This document shows, piece by piece, positions 55,238 to 64,000 of a stretch of DNA of 64,000 nucleotides. Every line of letters begins with the position of its first letter. Position 1 is the stretch's first letter. The stretch comes from Gemmatimonadota bacterium (lineage in GTDB: Bacteria; Gemmatimonadota; Gemmatimonadetes; Palauibacterales; KS3-K002): positions 32,001 to 96,000 of the forward strand of contig JBDHJS010000003.1 of the NCBI GenBank assembly GCA_039586795.1, read 5' to 3'. A model generated the notes under the pieces. The model had not been told where the DNA came from, did no database searches, and was given only the letters and a program-made list of their open reading frames with translations. Made by a program: the position numbers and the translations under genes.

Positions 55238-56398
55238 CTATCGGCGCGTCGGCTCCCAGACAGCCTGCCCTTTACCGGTCACGAGCCGGCTCCAGGCGTG
55301 CAGCACCGCGAAGTTCCCACCTGCGAGATAAGCGGGAAGCGCGAACAACAGGGGGACCGACCTGTCCTTCGGCCACGCCATTCCGAGGACCGCAAGCACG
55401 GCACCAACCACGGCTGCCGTGGCTGCGGCCACCGCCCACCAGTAGCTCATCCCGAGCACGACGAGCGCCGAGAGCCCAATGAGAAGCGCCCAAGGCACGA
55501 GCCAACGGCAGAGCTTGTGCGTGAACAGCATCCAGGCGAACCGCCCGTAACGGAATGGGTTGAGCAGACGCCGCTTGAAGAACAGCGTTCGGAGTCCGCG
55601 AGTGATCGTACGAACCTTACGCGAGTATTCGTGGCGTAGCGATAGCGCCCGCGGCACCAAGCACACCGCATCGGTCACCGACACGGAACGGTAGTCGTGC
55701 TCCCGAGCCCTGAGAGCGGCGGTGAAGTCGCGACTGATGCCGCGGGGCAGCTCGTGTCGGTGCAGGTCGGCACGAATCGCGTAGAAGCACCCGGACGCGC
55801 CAACGATCCCGTACACATCGGTCTCGAGATCACGCAACCACATCTCGAACCCAACGTATCCCGATTCGCCCACGTTGGTGGCGCCGTCGACGCGAGCGAC
55901 ACTCACATCGCGGCCCGAGGCGACACCGATCGTAGGATCGGCAAACGTCGCGATCAGTTTCTTCAGAGCATCGGGCTGGATGCGAATGGTCGCATCCGTG
56001 TTCACGATGATGTCACCCGTCAGGTGCTCGAGCGCAGCCGTCTCAGCGGCGTCTTTCCCACCGCGCTCTTCCATACGCAGGAGCTCGACACCGCGATCGG
56101 CGTACTCCTTCACGATCTCGTCGGTCCCATCGGACGATGCGTCCGAGATAACGAGGATTTGACGAAGTTCGGCCGGGTAGTCCAGCGCCAGCAGACTATC
56201 GAGGGTAGCGCGTATCCTGTCAGCTTCGTTGTAGGCCGCCAGCGTGATGCTGATCGATGGCCACTCGCTCGGGGCATCCGCTTCCGATCGCGCGCTTCGA
56301 AAGCTCGCGAATAGCTTTAACAGAAGCGGGTAGCCGATGTAGGTGTAGGTGACGAAGAGAAACGCCACAGCCAGCGTGACCAAGGCGACCTCGCTCAT
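55238..56398 (-). CDS. Glycosyltransferase family 2
   Basis: AAYNE, SDASSDGT, GK..A, TDA, R.VR..RG; flanking TMs. Confidence 0.93.
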   Translation of the reverse strand: MSEVALVTLAVAFLFVTYTYIGYPLLLKLFASFRSARSEADAPSEWPSISITLAAYNEADRIRATLDSLLALDYPAELRQILVISDASSDGTDEIVKEYADRGVELLRMEERGGKDAAETAALEHLTGDIIVNTDATIRIQPDALKKLIATFADPTIGVASGRDVSVARVDGATNVGESGYVGFEMWLRDLETDVYGIVGASGCFYAIRADLHRHELPRGISRDFTAALRAREHDYRSVSVTDAVCLVPRALSLRHEYSRKVRTITRGLRTLFFKRRLLNPFRYGRFAWMLFTHKLCRWLVPWALLIGLSALVVLGMSYWWAVAAATAAVVGAVLAVLGMAWPKDRSVPLLFALPAYLAGGNFAVLHAWSRLVTGKGQAVWEPTRR

Positions 56399-57516
56399 CC
56401 CTCAGCACCCCGCCTGGATACCTGTCCGATCCGCAAATAGAGCTCCTCATGTTTCGCGAGCCATGGCTCGACCGCGAACTCCGCCTCTAGACGCGCCCGC
56501 GCGGCAGAGCACCTCCGCTTCGCCTCCTCCGGTTGATCGTGCACCGCGCGGATCGCTTCAGCAAGCGCGTTTGGATCCTCCGGAGGCACCAGGAGCGCCT
56601 CGCTCACCGACACGACATCCGGAACGCCGCCCACGCTCGTGGCGACGATCGGTGCACCGGCAGCCATCGCTTCAAAGACGACCATGGGAGTGCCTTCAGT
56701 GCGCGAGCTGTTGACGAAGCAGTCGAAGCTAGTGAAGAACCGCGACGCCTCGGGCACGGCTCCATGCCAACGAACAGAACCGTCCAGGTTATTCTTGCTC
56801 GAATACTCCCGCAAACGGTCTCGCTCCCGGCCATCACCGACCACCGAAAGCAACGGATTGAGATCCGCTATCCGCGTCAGCGCGTCCAGCATGACGTCCA
56901 GACCTTTTTCCCTCTCCAATCGTCCTACCCAACCCAAGTGAAACATGCCTTCCGGCACATCGAGAAGTCGTCGCGACTCCTGGCGGTCCAGACCCGCCTC
57001 GGCGCCGGTCCATGCGTTGCGGACCACGTGGATGCGGTCACGGCTGACACGTGACCGTACGAGCCCTTCCACCTGAGTTGTCGCTACCGCGACCACGGCA
57101 TCAAACTGGCGAAAGGCTCTTCGCTGCAGCCATTCATAGAAGTGATTCTTCAAGCCGCCGCCCGTGAAACCATGCACGGTAGTAACGGTGGGTATGCCCA
57201 AAGCGCGGGCGGCGCCGGAACTCACAACGTCACAACGGTATCCGTGGGTGTGAACGATATCCGGCTCAATCTGGCGCAACACTCGCGCGACCTCGGAGCG
57301 CTCTTGCAGATAGCGTCGCGACGGCACGATGACGGAATGAACTTCCACGTCCAAATCGCGCAGTGGAGTCAGAAACGGATGGTCCGGTCGCTCCTCATCC
57401 ATCACCGCCACCACCGCCACCCGATGGCCCTGTTCCCGGTGCCCACCGGCCAGCGTCTGGACGACCCGCTCCGCACCCCCGACATCTCCGGGAGCGATAA
57501 TGTGAAGAATCACCAT
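56395..57516 (-). CDS. Glycosyltransferase family 4
   Basis: GGAER, PDIVHTH, GRL..EKG, SR.EG.P....EAMAAG.P.VAT.VGG. Start at ATG 57516. Confidence 0.94.
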   Translation of the reverse strand: MVILHIIAPGDVGGAERVVQTLAGGHREQGHRVAVVAVMDEERPDHPFLTPLRDLDVEVHSVIVPSRRYLQERSEVARVLRQIEPDIVHTHGYRCDVVSSGAARALGIPTVTTVHGFTGGGLKNHFYEWLQRRAFRQFDAVVAVATTQVEGLVRSRVSRDRIHVVRNAWTGAEAGLDRQESRRLLDVPEGMFHLGWVGRLEREKGLDVMLDALTRIADLNPLLSVVGDGRERDRLREYSSKNNLDGSVRWHGAVPEASRFFTSFDCFVNSSRTEGTPMVVFEAMAAGAPIVATSVGGVPDVVSVSEALLVPPEDPNALAEAIRAVHDQPEEAKRRCSAARARLEAEFAVEPWLAKHEELYLRIGQVSRRGAEG

Positions 57517-57648
57517 AATTCTTATTGCCCCTGGCCTTCCACCTCGAACCGCCGGTAAGCGTAACAATATACATGCCGGGACTGTCGCGACTTTGGGCTC
57601 GATTCTCGACCGGCTCGCCCCAAATTCGAGGGACTCCTCGTGCTAGCG

Positions 57649-57666
57649 TGTTGCATATTCGCAACG
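57649..57666. promoter_or_regulatory. Candidate enhancer palindrome
   Basis: TGTTGC-ATATTC-GCAACG; a variant sigma54 site CGGCATGTATATTGTT (57563-57578, minus strand) lies about 70 bp away. Confidence 0.6.
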
Positions 57667-57875
57667 ACCGATCTACCCTCCGCCTGTCTTAAGAGCGACG
57701 CCTACGAGCTAGCGATGGGGCAGCGCTGTGGGAGCCGCGGATCGAGCGTAGCCATTTGTGGAAGGGACCGCGACGGTCCCGGTCTTGCACCCCCGCGTAG
57801 CCGTTGGACAGGCGCATGCTATTGCCGAAGGGCATTGCCGCCAGAGCTGACCCACGGCCAACCTGATAAAGCTCG

Positions 57876-58781
57876 GTGCAACGAAAGAAGCAGCTCGACA
57901 GGCCCATCATCATCATCGGGTGCAATCGCTCCGGAACGACGCTGATGTTTCGGAACCTGGCCGAGCATCCAGTAACCTGGAGTCTCTACGAAGAGAGCCA
58001 GGAAATTTTCTATCGGCACTACCCGATCGACCCTGAGGTGGGAGACCGCATCGTAGAAGACCCGACGCCGGAGGTTGCGGCGCAGGTGATCGAGGATTTC
58101 TACCGCCAGGCACACAACAAGGAAGCGTTCACCGAGCATCCGTTGCTGCGGCTGGTGCCACGCAAGGCTTTGCAACGGCCGATGAACGTGCTGTACAAGC
58201 GGCCGCCATTGAGGCTGGTCGAGAAGACGCCAGCTAACAGTCTTCGTATCCCGTTTCTGGCGCGTTTGTTTCCAGACGCTCGCTTCATATTCCTGTTGCG
58301 CAGAGCAGAGGACGTCATCAGCTCACTGATGCAGGGGTGGAAACGCTGGTCTCATACGGGTGCGGGCGAGTGGACTTACAATGGCTGGCATTACATCGTG
58401 CCGCCCGGCTGGCGGGATTGGCGGGACCGATCGCTTCAGGAGATTTGCGCTTTTCAATGGATGGAGTCGATTCGGATCGCGTGGGACGATCTAAACGAGC
58501 ATTGTCAGGACAGGTTCCTGCTGGCCCGTCACGAAGAAGCGATATTGGACCCGATCGATACCTACAACAGAATCCTCGAATTCTGCGAGCTGCCGCCATC
58601 TTCCCACTTTGACGCACAACTCGTGAAGGCGGACAAGCGTGTCTTCACTCACGGCGGGACAAAGCCACGCCACGATAAATGGCGAGATCTCCACGAACGC
58701 GAAGTCGAGTCGGTGAGACATCTCTTCCAGCCCCTCATGGATGAGTTCTACCCTCGCGAAGAAACCGAGCGGGACGCGTGA
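57876..58781 (+). CDS. PAPS-dependent sulfotransferase
   Basis: 5'-PSB GCNRSGTT, EKTP, 3'-PB R...DVISS. Confidence 0.9.
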   Translation: MQRKKQLDRPIIIIGCNRSGTTLMFRNLAEHPVTWSLYEESQEIFYRHYPIDPEVGDRIVEDPTPEVAAQVIEDFYRQAHNKEAFTEHPLLRLVPRKALQRPMNVLYKRPPLRLVEKTPANSLRIPFLARLFPDARFIFLLRRAEDVISSLMQGWKRWSHTGAGEWTYNGWHYIVPPGWRDWRDRSLQEICAFQWMESIRIAWDDLNEHCQDRFLLARHEEAILDPIDTYNRILEFCELPPSSHFDAQLVKADKRVFTHGGTKPRHDKWRDLHEREVESVRHLFQPLMDEFYPREETERDA

Positions 58782-59641
58782 TGGCCGAGCTACACAAGGT
58801 CGATCCGTCGATGTTCGATGCGATCTATCGAGAGTTGTTGTGTGGCCTCGACCCGGCGCGACCCGAGGCGGAGTGGCGTCGCATAGTCGCCTACGAATGG
58901 GATTGCCCCGAGGACTACAGGGGCTTTGTTCTCCTCGACGATGGGCGGCCGGTCGGCTTTCTAGGCCTCATCTTCAGCACGATACCCGTGGGGGAAAGCC
59001 AGGAACGATTCTGTAACGTCACCAGCTGGATCGTCCAGGACTCTCATCGCGGGGAAGCGGCACTCCTCGCCTTCGCGCTCAGAGGTCTGAAGGAGTATAC
59101 GATAACGAACCTGAGTCCAAATGAGGCCGCCCACAAAGTATTCTCTTCCCTGAGATTCAAAGTACTCGAGACCCATACGCGCATTTTGCTCCCGCTGCAC
59201 GTGTTCTCCCGAAGGAGTTGGCGTCCGCGTTGTGCCATTACTGATGACACCGACTCGATAGCTGCGATGCTTGATGACCCGGAGAAGCGCCTTCTCGAGG
59301 ACCATTTGCCGTACGCCCGACATCTCGCGGTTTCTGACGATTCCGGATACTGCTACGTCATCTACACACTTAGGCCGAGACGTGGGATGCCGTCCGCCCG
59401 GTTCCATTTCATGAGCGACCCGGACCTCCTATTCGCGAATCTTTCCAGCGTACAGGCTTTCTTGATGAAGCGAGATCGATCGATGTTCGTCGAGATGGAT
59501 GAGCGTTTTCTCGAAGGGCGAGATGTTCGGGGAGGGTACAAACGGAAGCTCATCTTCCCACGCCTCTTCCGTTCGCCCCGGCTGGACGGCAGCCAGGTGA
59601 CGGATCTCTACTCGGAGCGGATCTTACTCAATCTCGGCTAG
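58778..59641 (+). CDS. GNAT-like protein
   Basis: GFVL.D.G..VGFLG, CNVTSW.V...HRG; coupled to the sulfotransferase gene. Confidence 0.65.
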   Translation: MMAELHKVDPSMFDAIYRELLCGLDPARPEAEWRRIVAYEWDCPEDYRGFVLLDDGRPVGFLGLIFSTIPVGESQERFCNVTSWIVQDSHRGEAALLAFALRGLKEYTITNLSPNEAAHKVFSSLRFKVLETHTRILLPLHVFSRRSWRPRCAITDDTDSIAAMLDDPEKRLLEDHLPYARHLAVSDDSGYCYVIYTLRPRRGMPSARFHFMSDPDLLFANLSSVQAFLMKRDRSMFVEMDERFLEGRDVRGGYKRKLIFPRLFRSPRLDGSQVTDLYSERILLNLG

Positions 59642-59650
59642 CGTCGACGA

Positions 59651-60727
59651 TCAAAGGTATTCAGACGCCAGATCGACGAAGGCGATCCCATCCCGCTCGT
59701 CTTCCATCCGGTAAGCCATACAGACGATGCGTTCGCCATCCGGCGACCACTTCCCGTGCACGGCGCGAAATCCGAAGGGCGTTATCGCCACAGCCGGCGG
59801 TGAAGGGCTGGTCGTTGAACCGAGCTTCCGAACGAAAACCGCAGGGCTTCGCACCCGTAGCTGTCTTGGGTGGAGCGTGTGGGAGGGAGCGGGCCGGTCA
59901 CGTACAGATACGAAGGCGATCCGCTTTCCGTCCGGCGACCAGGACGGGTTACGTCCCTGAACCTGGTCCAGCTCGTAAGGGCTCTGTCCCGGGAATTTGA
60001 CCCAGATCCTGTTCTGTCCCGAGTCATATCTTTCACCCGGCCGCTGACCCGCGAACGCGATCGGGTTACCCGCATCCGTGTCGGGCGAAACGCTGCACAT
60101 CCCGACCCATATTTCATCCGGATCGGTGAGGGGCTCGACTTCCCGGCTCTCGAGATAGAATCGAAGCGCGCGCCGCGTCGCGTAGTCGGTGACCGCGATC
60201 GACCGTCCGTCCGGGTACCACGACGGATAGTAGACCTCCCTCAACGGAGGATCGCCGACCGGGATGTGCGTCAGTTCGCTTCCGTCTTCGTTCACCAGCC
60301 ACAGCCCCGCTTCTTCGCCTCGAATTCCCGTGAAGGCGATGCGACCGCTGGCCCGAGACCAGTCTGGCCGTGTGGTGCGGAGGTCCGGCTGCTCTAAGAG
60401 CAGCTTTGGCGCGCCACCGCTGACCGGCATAGTCCACAGGCTCCAACTGCGCAGGTTGGAACTGGGACTCGCCGAGCCACCTCCGACCGGCGCCACCATG
60501 AAGAGCACTCTGTCGCCGGACGGAGAAAAGCACGGTCGTGAATACGAAAAACCCTGATCGGCGGCGATAAACCGGAAAGCGGCGGGTGTGTGTCGCTCCG
60601 CCGCGCGAAGCAAGCCGGGCACCAGAGGGACAGACGCCGCTGCCCCAAGCCCCTTCGCGGCGGTGATTAGAAAGCCGCGACGATCGAGCTTGCGAGATTC
60701 ACCAAAGCTGTGTCGTGTGTCTGGCAT
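59651..60727 (-). CDS. Tat-exported TolB-like beta-propeller (PD40 repeats)
   Basis: DRRGFL Tat motif; repeats P.FSPSG, PDWS, PSWYPDG, PSWSPDG, WSPDG. Confidence 0.85.
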   Translation of the reverse strand: MPDTRHSFGESRKLDRRGFLITAAKGLGAAASVPLVPGLLRAAERHTPAAFRFIAADQGFSYSRPCFSPSGDRVLFMVAPVGGGSASPSSNLRSWSLWTMPVSGGAPKLLLEQPDLRTTRPDWSRASGRIAFTGIRGEEAGLWLVNEDGSELTHIPVGDPPLREVYYPSWYPDGRSIAVTDYATRRALRFYLESREVEPLTDPDEIWVGMCSVSPDTDAGNPIAFAGQRPGERYDSGQNRIWVKFPGQSPYELDQVQGRNPSWSPDGKRIAFVSVRDRPAPSHTLHPRQLRVRSPAVFVRKLGSTTSPSPPAVAITPFGFRAVHGKWSPDGERIVCMAYRMEDERDGIAFVDLASEYL

Positions 60728-60856
60728 CCGATCACCAAGCGAAACGACGAACGCGCAGCGAGATAGACTTGCGAGGACCGCATAACGGCTGCCTTATATA
60801 GCGTCACAAAAGAGATTCGCGCAAACGAGTAAGGAGCTATCAGCTCCGCATAGAAC

Positions 60857-61999
60857 ATGACCATAACTGTTGCCTTCGTCGCGCTCTCGGCGCTCGTCAC
60901 CCTGGGGTGGGTCTGGGACATCTCGTGGCAGACGACCATCGGCCAGACCGGTTTCTGGACTCCACCGCATATCACCGTGCTGCTGGCGGGTGTCGGTTTC
61001 GGTGTGCTGTGCGTTCGAGCCGTGAAGAGTTGGAGCGACCGACAACCCGGCGCTCGGCTGTCCCCGGCTTTCGTCGGATCGATTCTGGGAATCTGCGGTG
61101 TTCTGGTGATGCTTGGCGCCGCATTCTACGACTACTGGTGGCACGCCACACAGCTGCCTCAAACCATGGTGCTGATACCGCCGCACAAGATCGGCGCCGG
61201 TGCGATCGTCGCCATCCAGACGAGCGCTGTCCTGATTACCCTCGCTAACCTGAGCGAGGTTCCGGGTCAACAGTCACGATGGGCCACGATCGTCTACGTG
61301 GTGTCCGCCGGGTTGCTGCTGTTTCTGATCGCAACGCTGGCAACGGAGTACGTGGGAAGACCAAATCTCTGGCAAAGCTCCGGGTTCTACAAAGCAAGCG
61401 GGTTGGTTTTTCCCGTGCTTCTGGTTGCTCTCGGGTTGTCACCGCGACTCAAGTGGGGAGCAACGGCTGTTGCCGGGATCTACATGGCGGTCGCGCTACT
61501 GATGATCTGGGTACTGCAACTCATTCCAGCGCAACCGCGTCTCACGCCGGTTCACAACCCGGTGACGCACATGGTGCCGCCACCGTTTCCGTTGCTTCTT
61601 CTGCTCCCAGCTGTCGCCATCGATCTCCTGAAGCAGATCGCTCTGCGATCCCGCTTCCACATCAGCGATTGGGTGCTCGCGGGACTGATCGGCGTGACGT
61701 TCGTTGGGATCATGTGGGTGGCCCACTGGTACTTCGCTGACCTGCTGCTCTCTTCGCTCGGACGCACCTACTTTTTCGCAGCCGACCAGTGGCCCTTCTA
61801 CACCCGCCTCGGACCCTGGCGTTATCAGCAGTGGGTTCTCGACTCAGGTGCCTCCACCTTACTGAAGCGGATCGCCCTCGCCGTGCTGTTTGCCGCCGCA
61901 TCGGCCCGGGTCGGCCTCTGGGTCCGGCGGGCAGCGCTGGCCGCGACCGCCGCCCGGGAAAGCGGCGTCGTCTCAGAGTCGCCCACTGCTGTGTCATAG
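60857..61999 (+). CDS. Multi-pass membrane protein with two D-x-x-W-(H/Q)...PPH motifs
   Basis: About 9-10 TMs; WDISWQ..TPPH and YDYWWH..IPPH. Confidence 0.8.
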   Translation: MTITVAFVALSALVTLGWVWDISWQTTIGQTGFWTPPHITVLLAGVGFGVLCVRAVKSWSDRQPGARLSPAFVGSILGICGVLVMLGAAFYDYWWHATQLPQTMVLIPPHKIGAGAIVAIQTSAVLITLANLSEVPGQQSRWATIVYVVSAGLLLFLIATLATEYVGRPNLWQSSGFYKASGLVFPVLLVALGLSPRLKWGATAVAGIYMAVALLMIWVLQLIPAQPRLTPVHNPVTHMVPPPFPLLLLLPAVAIDLLKQIALRSRFHISDWVLAGLIGVTFVGIMWVAHWYFADLLLSSLGRTYFFAADQWPFYTRLGPWRYQQWVLDSGASTLLKRIALAVLFAAASARVGLWVRRAALAATAARESGVVSESPTAVS

Positions 62000-62076
62000 A
62001 TGCAACAGTATAGACCTACATCCAAGCGCTGGCGCCACTTTCAGGCTGGCCCGGCGGCCCAGGAAACGCCCACAGC

Positions 62077-62092
62077 TGGTCCCGTTATTGCA
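62077..62092 (+). promoter_or_regulatory. sigma54 -24/-12 promoter candidate for the ACP/SDR/ligase operon
   Basis: TGGTCCCGTTATTGCA; palindrome TGTGTC-ATAGAT-GCAACA at 61990-62007, 70 bp upstream. Confidence 0.6.
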
Positions 62093-62229
62093 CAATTCGT
62101 TGATGGCTAAGGCGTCGTAGGCACGCCTGGCTGGGGGGCGCGATCAGCGCGCCCCCCAAGGGAAACCGTGATGTTATCTACATTTCCGAGAAGCCCGCAC
62201 GCACCATACGCGCATTGCGAGGGAGCCTA

Positions 62230-62526
62230 GTGAGCACTGATATCCTGCAGATCATCGTGAGCTGCACGCGCGAGGTTGGCGAAGAGCAAGAGATCAACCT
62301 ACCCGGCGATCTTGGAAGCGAGACACGTCTCTTCGGCCGCGAGGGGCTGTTCGATTCCGTCGGCCTGGTCAGTTTGGTAGTAGCGGTGGAGGAAGCGATC
62401 GAGGACCAGTTCGGTCAGGCCGTCAGTCTGGCGGATGAGCGAGCGATGTCTCAGTCGAAGAGTCCTTTTCGCTCCATCGGCACACTTGCAGAGTATGCCA
62501 ACGTTCTGATCGCGGAGAGCCAGTGA
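62230..62526 (+). CDS. Acyl carrier protein
   Basis: LFDSVGLVSL...EE.IED.FG..V.LADE.AMSQ..SPF; GGGAG RBS before GTG. Confidence 0.88.
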   Translation: MSTDILQIIVSCTREVGEEQEINLPGDLGSETRLFGREGLFDSVGLVSLVVAVEEAIEDQFGQAVSLADERAMSQSKSPFRSIGTLAEYANVLIAESQ

Positions 62527-63233
62527 GCGAAGATCAAGATTCGCGAGTGACGATCGTCACCGGTACGAGCCGTGGGATCGGCGAGTACCTGGCCAAGCAC
62601 TATCTCGAGCTTGGCCATAACGTCGTGGGTTGCAGCCGCAAGCCGGCGGAGTGGAGACACGAACGCTACACGCATTTCGAAGCGGACGTCGCGGACGAAT
62701 CGCAGGTCAAACGTTTGTTCAGCGAGACGCGGAAGCGTTTCGGCCGGGTGGATCACCTGATCAACAACGCCGGCGTCGCGTCGATGAACCATGCCATGAT
62801 CACTCCTCTGGCAACGGTCCAGGGGATCTTCAACACGAATCTGGTGGGCGCTTTTCTCTTCTCGCGGGAAGCCGCGAAGCAGATGAAGAAGGGTTCGTTC
62901 GGACGGATAGTGAACTTCACCACGGTCGCCGTGCCGTTGAAGCTCGCTGGGGAGGCCGCGTATGCGGCGTCTAAAGCGGCGGTAGAGACGCTCACGCAAG
63001 TACTGGCCAAGGAGTTTGCCGAGTTTGGAATCACGGTCAACGCCGTCGGGCCTACGCCGGTCGAGACGGACTTGATTCGCGCGGTGCCCAAAGAGAAGAT
63101 CGACCACCTGGTATCGCTACAGGCGATTCAGCGACTGGGCACATTCGAGGATGTGGCCAACGTCGTCGACTTCTTTCTCAAGCCCGAGAGTGGAATGATC
63201 ACCGGTCAGACGGTCTATCTCGGTGGTGTGTGA
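62523..63233 (+). CDS. FabG-like short-chain dehydrogenase/reductase
   Basis: TGTSRGIG, NNAG, YAASK, ITGQ..Y.GG. Confidence 0.92.
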   Translation: MSEDQDSRVTIVTGTSRGIGEYLAKHYLELGHNVVGCSRKPAEWRHERYTHFEADVADESQVKRLFSETRKRFGRVDHLINNAGVASMNHAMITPLATVQGIFNTNLVGAFLFSREAAKQMKKGSFGRIVNFTTVAVPLKLAGEAAYAASKAAVETLTQVLAKEFAEFGITVNAVGPTPVETDLIRAVPKEKIDHLVSLQAIQRLGTFEDVANVVDFFLKPESGMITGQTVYLGGV

Positions 63234-64000
63234 TGCATATCGATTTCTTGCTGGATGTCTTCAACGAGAACCGCGACAACGACGCCATCATCTGGCGTGA
63301 TGAGACTTACACCTACGGCCAGCTAGTGGAAGCGATCGCCGACTGGGTTGATCGTCTGAAGAAAGAAGGAGTTGAGCCTGGCACCACGGTGAGCCTGGAG
63401 GCGGATTTCTCTCCCAACGCCGTTGCGCTCCTGCTGGCGCTGATCGAGCGGTCGTGTGTCGTGGTTCCGCTCACTTCCTCGGTTGAGGCAAAGAAGCCCG
63501 AGTTTCGATCAATCGCCGAAATCGAGACGATCATCGACGTCGATGCCAACGACAACGCAACGTTCTCGCAGACCGGCGTCGAAGCCACGCATGAGTATCT
63601 GGTCGCCCTGAAGGACAGCTCACGGCCGGGTCTGATCCTCTTCTCGTCCGGCTCGACCGGGGCGTCAAAGGCATCTGTCCACGACTTCGTTCCGCTGCTG
63701 GAGAAGTTCAAGACGAGGCGCCACTCGAAGCGTTCGATCACGTTCTTGCTGTTCGATCACATCGGTGGAGTCAACACGCTGCTCTACAATCTGTCGAACG
63801 CGGGCTGCGTGATTGCTCTTCAGGACCGCGCCCCCGATGCGGTCTTAGCAGCGATCGAGAGACATCGCGGGCAACTGCTCCCGACTTCGCCGACCTTCAT
63901 CAACCTCGTGCTACTCAGCGAGGCCTACAAACGGCACAACATATCGAGCTTGGAGCTGGTGACCTACGGTACGGAGGTCATGCCGGAGAGCACGCTGCAG
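63233..64000 (+). CDS. AMP-binding (adenylate-forming) ligase, partial
   Basis: Not in the ORF track; TGATG coupling; MHIDFLLDVF...LILFSSGSTGASK...FDHIGG..LPTSPTF..YGTEVM; frame open to the window end. Confidence 0.9.
   Translation, partial: MHIDFLLDVFNENRDNDAIIWRDETYTYGQLVEAIADWVDRLKKEGVEPGTTVSLEADFSPNAVALLLALIERSCVVVPLTSSVEAKKPEFRSIAEIETIIDVDANDNATFSQTGVEATHEYLVALKDSSRPGLILFSSGSTGASKASVHDFVPLLEKFKTRRHSKRSITFLLFDHIGGVNTLLYNLSNAGCVIALQDRAPDAVLAAIERHRGQLLPTSPTFINLVLLSEAYKRHNISSLELVTYGTEVMPESTLQ

Noticed and set aside
60857..61999. Wzy polymerase or a true pmoC/amoC gene
   Set aside because: No Wzy-like large periplasmic loop is evident; there are no pmoA/B neighbours and similarity to PmoC is at motif level only.
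47151..64000. PKS/NRPS natural-product cluster
   Set aside because: No ketosynthase, condensation or thioesterase domain is seen; the context is polysaccharide genes. Genes beyond the window edge cannot be excluded.
1..64000. tRNA/rRNA, IS elements, integrases, phage or defence genes
   Set aside because: No recognisable signatures were found by eye; a covariance-model search was not possible.

Overview
High-GC bacterial genomic window with about 41 protein-coding genes. I found no rRNA, tRNA, CRISPR array or mobile element. Gene content and style suggest Gemmatimonadota or a similar lineage, but this is only an inference. The left part (1-27 kb) holds a sigma54-type ABC exporter operon, an ACE-like M2 lipoprotein peptidase, a Gly-rich surface lipoprotein, AsmA, a family-5 uracil-DNA glycosylase, a flippase, a lipoprotein serpin, TlpA, DedA and a radical SAM protein. 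It also holds a ~2,820-aa polypeptide that fuses FixC/ETF-quinone oxidoreductase, a 4Fe-4S domain, two complementary acyl-CoA dehydrogenase halves, ETF-beta and ETF-alpha, i.e. a whole acyl-CoA-to-quinone electron chain in one gene. The right part (27-64 kb) is a surface-polysaccharide locus. It contains a duplicated [REC-degenerate GGDEF / Wzc / NtrC-type activator] cassette, a histidine kinase, WecB, a Wza-like protein, a priming glycosyltransferase, GT2 and GT4. It also carries an unusually rich tailoring set: three acyl-carrier modules (LarA-like protein plus adenylation enzyme; FkbH; FabG-like plus adenylation enzyme), three GNAT-like proteins, a sulfotransferase and a kinase-methyltransferase fusion. 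A recurrent 18-bp TGT(A/T)GC-N6-GC(T/A)ACA palindrome lies 70-110 bp upstream of several sigma54 -24/-12 promoters, outlining a locus-wide regulon.
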